A model generated the notes under the pieces. It worked only from the letters and a program-made list of their open reading frames with translations. It searched no databases and was not told the DNA's origin. Of a DNA stretch of 64,000 nt, positions 54,759 to 63,675 are shown piece by piece (within the stretch, counting starts at the first letter, position 1; each line of letters starts with the position of its first letter). The stretch spans positions 32,001 to 96,000 of the forward strand of contig DASCPX010000070.1 in the NCBI GenBank assembly GCA_036012755.1. Reading direction: 5' to 3'. The DNA is from Myxococcota bacterium. Lineage in GTDB: Bacteria; Myxococcota_A; UBA796; CAJQPC01. A program made the position numbers and the translations under genes.

Positions 54759-56065
54759 GGTGGCGAGGTTGTGGAATCACCCTGGACGTGCGCCGGATGG
54801 GCCTCGTCGCGCTCGACTCGGGGAGGCGCGAGGCGGCCCTGGAGGCGATGCGCAAGCTCGAGGCAGGCGCGATCGCGAACCCCGACGAGGGGCGACGGGT
54901 CGGTCACTACTGGCTGCGCGCCCCTGGTCGAAGCCCGGAGGGGCCCGCGATCGCCGCGGAGTGGGAGGCCATCGAGGCGCTGGCGCGGAAGGCCGAGGAC
55001 TATGACCACCTCGTCCTCTGCGGCATCGGCGGCTCCGCCCTCGGTCCCCAGCTGCTGGCCTCGGCGCTCCCGCGCTTCGGCCTGCGGCCTGTCTTCCTCG
55101 ACAACACGGATCCTGTGGGCGTCGCAGATGCCCTCGACGACCTCGAGCTCTCTCGTGCGCTGATCCTCGTCGTCAGCAAGTCCGGGGGGACCAAGGAGAC
55201 GAAGAACAACCTCGCAGAGGTGCGAGCGCGCTGTCCAGACCTCGCCGAGCGCGCAGTCGCCATCACCTGTGAGGGCTCTCCTTTGTGGGACGAGGCCGAA
55301 GGCTGGCTCGCCCGCCTGCGCATCTGGGACTGGGTCGGCGGACGGACCAGCGTCACCTCCGCGGTCGGGCTGTTGCCGATGGCCCTGATGGGCCAGGACT
55401 GGCGGGGCTTGCTCAGAGGCGCGGCCGCGATGGACGAGGCCACCCGCGCGCCAGAGGACAACCCAGCGCTCATGCTGGCCGAGGCCTGGTGGCAGGCCCG
55501 CCCCCGAGCGATGGTGGTGTTGCCCTACCGCGACCGCCTGGCGCTGCTCGGCCGCTACCTCCAGCAGCTCGTGAGCGAGTCCCTCGGCAAGGAGGGTCAG
55601 GGGATCACTGTCTACGGGAACAAGGGCAGCACGGACCAGCACGCCTACGTCCAGCAGCTGCGCGACGGCCCGGACGACTTCTTCGCCACCTTCGTCCACG
55701 GCCACGGTCGCACCCTCGGGGTCGAGGTCGAGCCGGGCGTCCACTCGGCTGACTACCTGGTGGGCTTCCTCATCGGGACTCGCAAGGCGCTGTCCGAGGC
55801 GGGCCGGAGGAGCTTGACCATCATCCTCGACGACCTCACGGCCGTGCACCTCGGGGCCCTCATCGCGCTGCATGAGCGAGCCGTCGGTTTCTACGCGAGC
55901 TTTGCTGGCATCAACGCCTACCACCAGCCTGGAGTAGAGGCCGGGAAGCGAGGCGCCGCAGAGGCCCTCCGGCTCATAGCGCGCTTGAAGCTCGGCGAGG
56001 ATCTCGACCACACCGATGATGTGGAGCTGCTGGCGGATCACCTCAGACGCACTCGGAGGCTCTGA
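54755..56065 (+). CDS. pgi: Glucose-6-phosphate isomerase
   Basis: GIGGSALG, SKSGGTKET, VGGRTS, QQLVSESLGK, DQH, QPGVEAGK. Confidence 0.95.
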   Translation: MRWRGCGITLDVRRMGLVALDSGRREAALEAMRKLEAGAIANPDEGRRVGHYWLRAPGRSPEGPAIAAEWEAIEALARKAEDYDHLVLCGIGGSALGPQLLASALPRFGLRPVFLDNTDPVGVADALDDLELSRALILVVSKSGGTKETKNNLAEVRARCPDLAERAVAITCEGSPLWDEAEGWLARLRIWDWVGGRTSVTSAVGLLPMALMGQDWRGLLRGAAAMDEATRAPEDNPALMLAEAWWQARPRAMVVLPYRDRLALLGRYLQQLVSESLGKEGQGITVYGNKGSTDQHAYVQQLRDGPDDFFATFVHGHGRTLGVEVEPGVHSADYLVGFLIGTRKALSEAGRRSLTIILDDLTAVHLGALIALHERAVGFYASFAGINAYHQPGVEAGKRGAAEALRLIARLKLGEDLDHTDDVELLADHLRRTRRL

Positions 56066-56124
56066 GGCGGTGCACCAAGCGCTGGTGACCCTCGTGTGAG
56101 GGATCCAGGCCCCGATTCACCGAT

Positions 56125-57495
56125 TCACTCCGCCAGGAGCTCCTCGGCGGCCTCGTGCATCTCCTCCACCTGGGGGAACAGGATCTCCTCCAGCGAGCCC
56201 TCGAAAGCCGCCGTCGAGCTCAGGGTCGTGTAGGGCTCCTGCTCCTCCAGCGCGTAGGGCTCGACCAGGTCGTGGTAGCGGGTCATGCGCTGTCTTTGTG
56301 TCTCGAGCTCGAAGGGCGTCTCGACCATCTCCGCCATGTGCTCCAGGTAGCGCTCGCGGTAGACCGGGTCGTCTGCCAGGTAGCGGATCAGGGGCCAGTC
56401 GTCGTCCACCTCGTCCATGCCCAGGGTCAGGGGCGCTGCGTGGCCCTCCCAGCCGTAGCTCATGTTGAAGTCCCAGGGGATCCACACCAGCCGGCCGTCC
56501 TCTTCGGGGTCGCCGTAGAGGTAGTAGTTGTGGGACATGTTGCCGTAGCTGTCCCAGTTCTCCAGCAGGTTGTTCAGGGCCAGGTAGCGCAGGAAGGCGT
56601 CGACCTCGAAGGTGGCCTCGAGCCCCTCTCTCCAGGCCTCGGCGTCGCTGCGGTCGGCGTTGAGGGCATCCACGAAGGCCTCGACGTCGCCGAAGTCGTC
56701 CTCGGCCTCGTTGGTCTTCTTCTCGAAGCCGGTCGCGTCGAACTCCATCAGCTGGGCGGGACCCCCCTCGGGCTTGTAGGCGTTGCCGCTGTCGCCTCCG
56801 AACCAGTCGTCCAGCATCTCCCCCGCGGGGTCCTCGAAGGCGGTGTAGAGCCCCCAGAAGACCGGCCCGTCCCCGACATCGACGTAGACGCGCATGAAGC
56901 CACCCCGTGCCGCGGGCACGCCCGCATCTCGGAAGGTCTCCGCGGTCGCCTTGTCCCGGATCAGGCTGTCGTCCTTGAATCCGCTGGAGAACTTCAGGAC
57001 CTTGAAGCCCCAGAAGCGCTGGTCCTCGATCTCCGGGATGTCGTCCTCGAACTGGTCGAACTCCAGGCGGAAGGGCAGCTTGCCGGAGCCCTCCATGTAA
57101 GCCTGCATCAGGCTGGAGTTCCCCTTGAAGCGCATGCCCACGCTCGGCCAGGTGCGGTCGTCGAAGGAGACGTCGACCGGCACGTAGACCGGGTCAGCCA
57201 GCGCTTCTGGCGGCTCGCCCCCGGGTCCTCCTCCTCCCGGCCCGCCTCCTCCGGGTCCTCCGTCCATGTCCCCGTAGAGCGCATCGAGGTCATCCACCAT
57301 GACCTGCCACCTCGCATCGCAGATGCTGATGTCGAGGCGAGGCACGGCATCCTCTGGCAAGACGAGGTCGGCCTGGCCGTCGACCCCCTTGGCGTGAGAG
57401 GTCTCGGACCAGCCGACGGCTTCCATGCTCGTGCAGTCGTCGTCGGAGTTGGTGGTGGTTTCAGGGCTGCAGGCGAGTACAAGGTAGAGAAGCAA
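56125..57495 (-). CDS. CotH kinase family lipoprotein
   Basis: MLLYLVLAC; VGMRFKGNSS, NWDSY...HNYYLY, WIPWDFN. Confidence 0.9.
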   Translation of the reverse strand: MLLYLVLACSPETTTNSDDDCTSMEAVGWSETSHAKGVDGQADLVLPEDAVPRLDISICDARWQVMVDDLDALYGDMDGGPGGGGPGGGGPGGEPPEALADPVYVPVDVSFDDRTWPSVGMRFKGNSSLMQAYMEGSGKLPFRLEFDQFEDDIPEIEDQRFWGFKVLKFSSGFKDDSLIRDKATAETFRDAGVPAARGGFMRVYVDVGDGPVFWGLYTAFEDPAGEMLDDWFGGDSGNAYKPEGGPAQLMEFDATGFEKKTNEAEDDFGDVEAFVDALNADRSDAEAWREGLEATFEVDAFLRYLALNNLLENWDSYGNMSHNYYLYGDPEEDGRLVWIPWDFNMSYGWEGHAAPLTLGMDEVDDDWPLIRYLADDPVYRERYLEHMAEMVETPFELETQRQRMTRYHDLVEPYALEEQEPYTTLSSTAAFEGSLEEILFPQVEEMHEAAEELLAE

Positions 57496-57562
57496 CGCGC
57501 ACTCGTGACAGGGGTCACCAGGTAAACGCAGCAGGGCGGAAAACCTGTGCCGGATACTCCTA

Positions 57563-59233
57563 TTACTTCAGCGCCTCCTCCGCGTAGGCCTCCAGCTGGC
57601 TCCAGTCCCCGGTCCAGGTCGTGTACATCATCCCGGCGAGCTCGATCCCGGCGGCCTCCTCCTTTTCCGAGGCCGCGGAGGCCGCGCCGTCGCCGCTGTC
57701 GTAGAAGCCGGCGATGACCTGGTCGTGGCCGAGGCCGTCGAAGTGGGCCAGGGACTCCGGGCTGTGGAGCCAGTTCACCAGCAGCACGTCCTGCTCCAGC
57801 CCCTCCCAGCTCCCGGAGATGTCTCCGTCGACGAGGTAGTAGTCGTCGTGGGCGTTGTGGTTGGGGTCGAACATGTCCGACCAGACCAACAGCCGGGACC
57901 CCGGCCGCGCGGTCTCCACCGCGGCCTGGATCGAGACCATGTGGTCGGCCAGGAGTTCGCCGGCGCTCTGGCCAGTTCCGGCGCAGGCCCCGCAGGTGTT
58001 CATGTGGCGCATCTCGTCGTGCATCGAGAACACCGCCGGGGCCTCCGGGAAGCGCTCCGCGACCGCAGCGAGGTTGTCCGCCACCCAGGTGTGGACCGCG
58101 GGCTCGGTCAGGCAGGCGCCGACCTGGTAGCCGTAGACCGGCGCGACCGCGTAGTAGTCGAGTTCGACACGGTCTCCGACCGACAAGGAGCTCCCCTCCG
58201 GCACCGTGATCACGACCGGCTCGTGCCACTCGTCGAAGGTGCCGTCGTCCCTCAGTCGCGTGTCGACGAGGTCGTCGAGGTCCACCCCCTCGATCAGCTC
58301 GCGGCCATCCGAGCGGGCGTCGATGGGAGCCCCGTCCCGGCGGATCAGGTTCACCGGGGCGGTCTCGGTCACGCTCACGTCGTCGAACCACGCAGTGCCC
58401 GAGTGGTTGCCCCAGACGCCCAGGTAGAGCGAGACGGTCTGCGCCTCTGCCGTGTTGACCGTGATGTCGTAGCGGGTCCAGTCCTGGGTCGAGGACATCT
58501 CCCAGGTGGTGCTGTTCAGCGAGCGCCCGGCGTCGGTGTCGTAGAGCATCACGTTGAACCAGTCCGCCGAGAAGTCCTGGGTCTTCAGGCGGAACGAGAC
58601 GTGGAGCTGGCGGTGGGGCTCGACGTCCAGGGTCTGGACCAGGCGGGCGTTGTCCGAGCCCTCCTCGACACGGGCCGCGCCGTCGTCCGCGCTGACTCCG
58701 TCGTCCCACCAGGTCCAGCCGGCGAGGCCCGAGCTGAAGTCGCCGCCGGGCAGGGACACCTCGGAGTCCACCTCGAGCACCCCGGCGCTGCCCACGACGA
58801 AGGGCTGGGCGACCACCGCCTGGCCCTCCGCGAGGTTGGCGTCGCTTCGCAGGATGCCCTCGCTGTAGCCGAAGGGCAGCACCGCGGGGATGGCCACCAT
58901 GCCGTGCTCCTCGATCCGCGCGAGCAGCGCGGCGAGGTGCTCGTCGTAGGTCTCGTCCAGGGCGCCGGTGTGCAGCAGGTGGACCTTGAAGTCCGCCACC
59001 ACGACCCCGGTGTAGCCAGCGGCTGCGGCCCTATCGACGATGGACAGGGCCTCGTCGAGGTTCTCGTCCACGAGGAGGTTGTGGCGCAGGTAGATCCAGA
59101 GCTGGAAGCCCTCTGGCCAGTCGGCCTCCGGAGGCTCGCTCTCGAGAGGCTCGCTCTCCGAGACGAGTCGGCTGTCGTCTTGGGGCTCGGGGGTGCTCGA
59201 GGGAGAAGGGCAGGCGAGCAAGGCGAAGAGCAT
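57563..59233 (-). CDS. Lipoprotein, putative glycoside hydrolase (TIM barrel) with CBM-like insertion
   Basis: MLFALLAC; AAAAGYTGVV, HDEMR, WSDMFDP, GMMYTTW; jelly-roll segment ending GTAWFDDVSV. Confidence 0.6.
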   Translation of the reverse strand: MLFALLACPSPSSTPEPQDDSRLVSESEPLESEPPEADWPEGFQLWIYLRHNLLVDENLDEALSIVDRAAAAGYTGVVVADFKVHLLHTGALDETYDEHLAALLARIEEHGMVAIPAVLPFGYSEGILRSDANLAEGQAVVAQPFVVGSAGVLEVDSEVSLPGGDFSSGLAGWTWWDDGVSADDGAARVEEGSDNARLVQTLDVEPHRQLHVSFRLKTQDFSADWFNVMLYDTDAGRSLNSTTWEMSSTQDWTRYDITVNTAEAQTVSLYLGVWGNHSGTAWFDDVSVTETAPVNLIRRDGAPIDARSDGRELIEGVDLDDLVDTRLRDDGTFDEWHEPVVITVPEGSSLSVGDRVELDYYAVAPVYGYQVGACLTEPAVHTWVADNLAAVAERFPEAPAVFSMHDEMRHMNTCGACAGTGQSAGELLADHMVSIQAAVETARPGSRLLVWSDMFDPNHNAHDDYYLVDGDISGSWEGLEQDVLLVNWLHSPESLAHFDGLGHDQVIAGFYDSGDGAASAASEKEEAAGIELAGMMYTTWTGDWSQLEAYAEEALK

Positions 59234-59363
59234 GGAGCGGTCTAACTCGCGTCCCGATGGCCTCGGTGTGGTTTCTGGCATCTGCGCGCTCCTCGGGCCC
59301 TGGCTCCTGGCGCTGGTCCTGCTCCGACGACGCCCCGTCTTCCGAGCGGACGACCTCGGCTGA
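59232..59363 (+). CDS. Possible 43-aa membrane peptide or gene remnant
   Basis: MERSNSRPDGLGVVSGICALLGPWLLALVLLRRRPVFRADDLG; start overlaps the divergent gene's ATG. Confidence 0.25.
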   Translation: MERSNSRPDGLGVVSGICALLGPWLLALVLLRRRPVFRADDLG

Positions 59364-59480
59364 ACCCAGCGCTCACGACGTTTCGAGCGCGACGACTCCA
59401 GGAGCAACGTGATCGTCACGACCCGGGCCCGATTCGCCTGATAGACCGGCGTCAATCGAGATCCACTGCCCGAGGAGCCC

Positions 59481-61664
59481 ATGTCCGCCACCGCCCGTTT
59501 CGCTGCGATCCAGACCGCCAACTCCCGCACCCCCCGCAAGATGCAGCGCATCCAGGGAGAGGACGGGCGTCCCCTGACCGCAGCCGAGCTCTACGGCCGG
59601 AACACCTTCTCCCTCGAGTTGATGGGGAACAAGCTCCCCAAGGCGGTCTTCAAGCGCGTCGAGGCGAGCATCCTCAGGGGAGCCACCCTCGAGGCGGCTG
59701 ACGCCGATGTCATCGCCCACGCCGTGAAGGAGTGGGCGCTGGATTGCGGCTGCACGCACTTCACGCACTGGTTCCAGCCGATGACCGGCTCCACCGCCGA
59801 GAAGCACGACGCCTTCCTCACCTTCGACGGCGAGGGCCGGGCCATCGAGCGCTTCAGCGGCTCCATGCTCATCCAGTCCGAGCCGGACGCCTCCAGCTTC
59901 CCCTCGGGCGGCATGCGCTCGACCTTCGAGGCCCGCGGCTACACGGCCTGGGATCCCTCCAGCCCGATGTTCATCATGGAGGGCGACAACGGCAAGACGC
60001 TCTGCATCCCCTCGGCCTTCATCAGCTACACCGGCGAGGCCCTGGACAAGAAGACGCCGCTGTTGCGGTCCATGCAGGCCATCAACGCCGCGGCCAACAC
60101 GCTGTTGGCCAGCCTCGGCATGGAGCCCACCCACGTCACGCCCACGCTGGGCTGCGAGCAGGAGTACTTCCTCGTCGACAGCGCTTACTGGGCCCTGCGC
60201 CCCGACCTCGCCATCGGCGGACGGACCGTCACGGGCGCCGCGCCCCCGAAGGGCCAGAGCCTGGACGACCACTACTTCGGCAGCATCAACGCCCGCGTGC
60301 AGGCCTACATGCAGGAGGTCGAGCAGGAGCTCTACAAGCTCGGCGTCCCGGCCAAGACCCGCCACAACGAGGTCGCTCCCTGCCAGTTCGAGCTGGCTCC
60401 GGTCTACCGCGAGGCCAACGTCGGGGTCGATCACAACCAGCTGACGATGGAGGTCCTCCGCCGCGTCGCGCTGCGCCACGACTTCCGCGTGCTGCTCCAC
60501 GAGAAGCCCTACGCCGACATCAACGGCTCCGGCAAGCACAACAACTGGTCACTGTCGGACTCCAGCGGCGACAACTGGCTCGAGCCCACCGACAGCCCCA
60601 ACGACAACATCCGCTTCCTCGCGGTGCTCGGCGCCGTGCTGCTCGGCGTCCAGCGCTACGGCGGCCTGCTGCGTGCCTCGGTGGCCAGCTACGAGAACGA
60701 CTTCCGGCTCGGCGCGAACGAGGCGCCCCCTGCCATCATGAGCTGCTTCCTGGGCGAGATGCTGACGCGCATCTGCAATGCCCTGGCGGAGGGCGGCAAC
60801 CTCCCGGCCGAGCCGGAGGCTGCGGTCATCGAGCTCGGCGTGAAGAACCTGCCCCACGTCGCAAAGGACAGCACCGACCGGAACCGCACCAGCCCCGTCG
60901 CCTTCACGGGCAACAAGTTCGAGTTCCGCGCGGTCGGCTCCAGCCAGAACCCCGCGTGGCCAGTCACGGTGCTCAACACCATCGTGGCCGAGGGCATGCT
61001 CCAGATCGCCGCCTGGGCCGACGATGCAGGCGGCGGCGCCCTCGGGGCCATGGACGCGATTTCTCGCGCCATGAAGGAGTCCGTCGCCGTCCGGTTCGAG
61101 GGCGACGGCTACAGCGATGAGTGGCTGGCGGAGGCCGAGAAGATCGGGCTCAAGAACCTGCGCAAGACGCCAGAGGCCCTCGACGAGCTCCGCCACGACG
61201 ACGTCGTCAAGGTCTTCGTCAAGCACGGCGTGCTCAGCCCCGCAGAGGTCGAGAGTCGCTACAACGTTCTCTCCGAGCAGTACGTCACGGCGGTCGCCAT
61301 CGAGGCCGACGCGCTTGAGATCGTGGTCGACGAGATGGTCCTCCCGGCAGCCATGGCCGACCGCGCATCCCTGGCCGATGGTCTGAGGGCGCTCTTGGAC
61401 CTGCAGGCTCGCGGCGTGACCGTCGACACCACGCCAGAGGTCGCCCGCCTGGACGCCCTCGGCGGCGCCCTGGCTTCCCTGACCTCGGCCAGGGCCCGGC
61501 TGGACGTGGCGCTGGAGACGGCTGGCCACGACGCCCACGCCAACGTGCGCGAGGTGCTCCCGGTGATGGAGGAGATCCGCGTGGCCGTCGATACCCTCGA
61601 GGGTGTCGTGGCGGACGGCCTGTGGCCGCTCCCGAAGTACCGCGAGATGCTCTTCCTGGTCTGA
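59481..61664 (+). CDS. glnA: Glutamine synthetase type III
   Basis: THFTHWFQP, EPDASSFPSGG, TRHNEVAP, NGSGKHNNWS, DRNRTSP; GAGGAG RBS. Confidence 0.96.
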   Translation: MSATARFAAIQTANSRTPRKMQRIQGEDGRPLTAAELYGRNTFSLELMGNKLPKAVFKRVEASILRGATLEAADADVIAHAVKEWALDCGCTHFTHWFQPMTGSTAEKHDAFLTFDGEGRAIERFSGSMLIQSEPDASSFPSGGMRSTFEARGYTAWDPSSPMFIMEGDNGKTLCIPSAFISYTGEALDKKTPLLRSMQAINAAANTLLASLGMEPTHVTPTLGCEQEYFLVDSAYWALRPDLAIGGRTVTGAAPPKGQSLDDHYFGSINARVQAYMQEVEQELYKLGVPAKTRHNEVAPCQFELAPVYREANVGVDHNQLTMEVLRRVALRHDFRVLLHEKPYADINGSGKHNNWSLSDSSGDNWLEPTDSPNDNIRFLAVLGAVLLGVQRYGGLLRASVASYENDFRLGANEAPPAIMSCFLGEMLTRICNALAEGGNLPAEPEAAVIELGVKNLPHVAKDSTDRNRTSPVAFTGNKFEFRAVGSSQNPAWPVTVLNTIVAEGMLQIAAWADDAGGGALGAMDAISRAMKESVAVRFEGDGYSDEWLAEAEKIGLKNLRKTPEALDELRHDDVVKVFVKHGVLSPAEVESRYNVLSEQYVTAVAIEADALEIVVDEMVLPAAMADRASLADGLRALLDLQARGVTVDTTPEVARLDALGGALASLTSARARLDVALETAGHDAHANVREVLPVMEEIRVAVDTLEGVVADGLWPLPKYREMLFLV

Positions 61665-61695
61665 GGCCGCGCCGGAGAGCCGGTACCCTGCGAGC

Positions 61696-63087
61696 GTGAA
61701 GCCCACCGACTGGCTCGGCCTGTCCCTAGCAGTGGCTTCCGGGGTGATCCTCGTCATGGTCACCCTGAACACCCCTGTCCCCGCCTCGGATCTGCCTGGC
61801 TACCTGGCCATGGCCCGGGACGGGGTCCTCGACGTCGACGTCGGCACGTGGGCCGAGGGCCGGGAGTTCGTCAACGGCAGCTGGCTCTACCAGCGAGCGG
61901 CCTGGGAGCTCTTCCAGCTCGGCGGGTGGGAGCTCCTCGTCGCCCTCAACGCGCTGGCGGTAGCTGGTGCCCTGGTCCTGGTCGGGCGCGTGGGCTGGGA
62001 GCGTGGCCGGGGAGTCGGCGCTGGCGTCGCCGTGCTCATCGCCTCTCTGCTCATGATGCAGAACACGGCCATGCGGCCCCAGACCGCGGCCTTCCTGCTC
62101 GCGGCGCTCGTGCTGTGGGCGCCTCGGACCTGGCACGTCGGCGTCTTGACGATCCTGTGGGCCAACGTGCACGGCAGCTTCGTGCTCGCTCCCGCCCTCG
62201 CCGGGATCCGCGCGCGGGATCCCTGGCGTGTGGGCGTGGCGGCGCTGGCCTGGCTCGCCAACCCCTTCGGCTGGGAGCTGTTGTCCTACGTCTTCGACAA
62301 CTCCTCGCTCCCTGCGGAGAGGGGGCTCGACGAGTGGTCCGCGACCCCCCTGTTGTCTCCGATCGGCTTGCGCCTGTTCTGCGCTCTGGCTGTCGGCCTC
62401 GGCCTCGCCATCAAGCGCCGGCCTCCGGTCTTCGAGGTCATCGTCGCTGGCGTGCTCGCCGTGCTCGCGCTCACCGCGGTGCGGCACGTGGCCTGGCTCG
62501 GCCTGGTGCTCGGGCCTCTCGTCGCCGGGTGGCTTCCGCGCGCTCCCGCTGGCCAGAGCCGCTTCGCTCGGGTCGTCTTCCTGGCTGTCGCCGCGGTCGC
62601 CTTGTGCGGGATCGTCCGCTTCCTGCCCTGGCTTCGAGCGCCGCCCACCTCGCGCGCAGAGGACGCCTGGCTCGAGCCCCAGGCCCCCGTAGAGGTCCTC
62701 TCTGCGCTCGATCAGCTCGATCCTGGCGAGGTCCTCGTGCCCTTCGCCGTCGGCGGGCTGGTGCGCTGGCGGCACCCTCGCTGGCGGGTGCCTGTCGATG
62801 TCCGTGTCTGGCTCTACAGCGACGCGGAGTGGGCCGCCTACGAGCGCACGAGGAGCAGCCCAGCGGCGCTCGTCCTCGTGGACCGCCACCGCGAGAGCGG
62901 CCTGGACCGCCACACGGGCCACTGGGTCGTGCTCGCCGAGGACGGTCGCTGGAGCCTGCGCTCACCCCCCGAAGAGGTCCCGGTTCCTGAGGTGCCGCTC
63001 CCGGACGAGCCCCTCCCCGCGGAGCTGCTCGAGCGCCTCGATGACCTCGACGACATCAGAGGGCTCGCTGCGCCCACCCCGCCTTGA
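61696..63087 (+). CDS. Polytopic membrane protein, GT-C-like
   Basis: D in the first loop, SWLYQ, RPQ, LWANVHGSF, NPFG, EW. The 3' end overlaps tatD antisense. Confidence 0.6.
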   Translation: MKPTDWLGLSLAVASGVILVMVTLNTPVPASDLPGYLAMARDGVLDVDVGTWAEGREFVNGSWLYQRAAWELFQLGGWELLVALNALAVAGALVLVGRVGWERGRGVGAGVAVLIASLLMMQNTAMRPQTAAFLLAALVLWAPRTWHVGVLTILWANVHGSFVLAPALAGIRARDPWRVGVAALAWLANPFGWELLSYVFDNSSLPAERGLDEWSATPLLSPIGLRLFCALAVGLGLAIKRRPPVFEVIVAGVLAVLALTAVRHVAWLGLVLGPLVAGWLPRAPAGQSRFARVVFLAVAAVALCGIVRFLPWLRAPPTSRAEDAWLEPQAPVEVLSALDQLDPGEVLVPFAVGGLVRWRHPRWRVPVDVRVWLYSDAEWAAYERTRSSPAALVLVDRHRESGLDRHTGHWVVLAEDGRWSLRSPPEEVPVPEVPLPDEPLPAELLERLDDLDDIRGLAAPTPP

Positions 63088-63675
63088 CTGGGGGGCCTGA
63101 CCGGGCCCGTCGGACTCCACGAAGAGCCGTTCGAGCGGCACGACCGCGGCTGCTCGTCTGGGTCTCCTGGCCTCCGTCCAGGTCACGGCCCCACCGAAGC
63201 TGAAGCACAGCCCGAGCTCTGAGAAGGCGGGCACCAGCTCCGCCGAGCCCGAGTAGCTGTGCATCAACCCGCTCAGCGGCGCGAAGGGTCGGAGCATCTC
63301 GAGGAGCGCCACATGGGCGCGAACGCAGTGGAGCAGCACTGGCAGGCCCCAGTCCTTCGCGAGCTCGAGCTGGCGCCTCAGGACGGCCCGCTGCCGCTGC
63401 ATCCGGGGTCGAGTCCCGTCCAGACCGCACTCCCCGACGGCGCAGGCCCCCTGAAGCGGGATGTCATCGAAGTCCGCCAGGAACCAGGGGTGCACACCGA
63501 GGGCCCAGGACAGGCCGTGCTCCTCTGCGCACGCCCGGGTGCGCGCCCAGGTCGACGGATGGGTGCCCGGGATCAGGACGCCGTCGACCCCCGCGGCGCG
63601 CGCCCGCGCCACAACCGCGTCGCGGTCTTCGTCGAACTCGGGGAAGTCGAGGTGGCAGTGGGTGTCGAGCGAAGC
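62962..63675 (-). CDS. tatD: TatD family DNase; no canonical start codon upstream of the HxH motif
   Basis: DTHCHLD, LGVHP, VGECGLD, LHCVRA, HSYSG, ESD. Confidence 0.88.
   Translation of the reverse strand, partial: ASLDTHCHLDFPEFDEDRDAVVARARAAGVDGVLIPGTHPSTWARTRACAEEHGLSWALGVHPWFLADFDDIPLQGACAVGECGLDGTRPRMQRQRAVLRRQLELAKDWGLPVLLHCVRAHVALLEMLRPFAPLSGLMHSYSGSAELVPAFSELGLCFSFGGAVTWTEARRPRRAAAVVPLERLFVESDGPGQAPQSRRGGRSEPSDVVEVIEALEQLRGEGLVRERHLRNRDLFGG

Noticed and set aside
57221..57261. CCT/CCG-rich repeat in cotH
   Set aside because: Encodes an ordinary GGPGGGG linker.
59364..59480. Glutamine (glnA) riboswitch or sigma54 promoter
   Set aside because: Neither the glnA-motif consensus nor a clear TGGCAC-N5-TTGC is present.
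62962..63087. 126-nt convergent overlap as a dual-coding region
   Set aside because: The plus-strand tail is simply the antisense of tatD's 3' end, most likely stop-codon drift.
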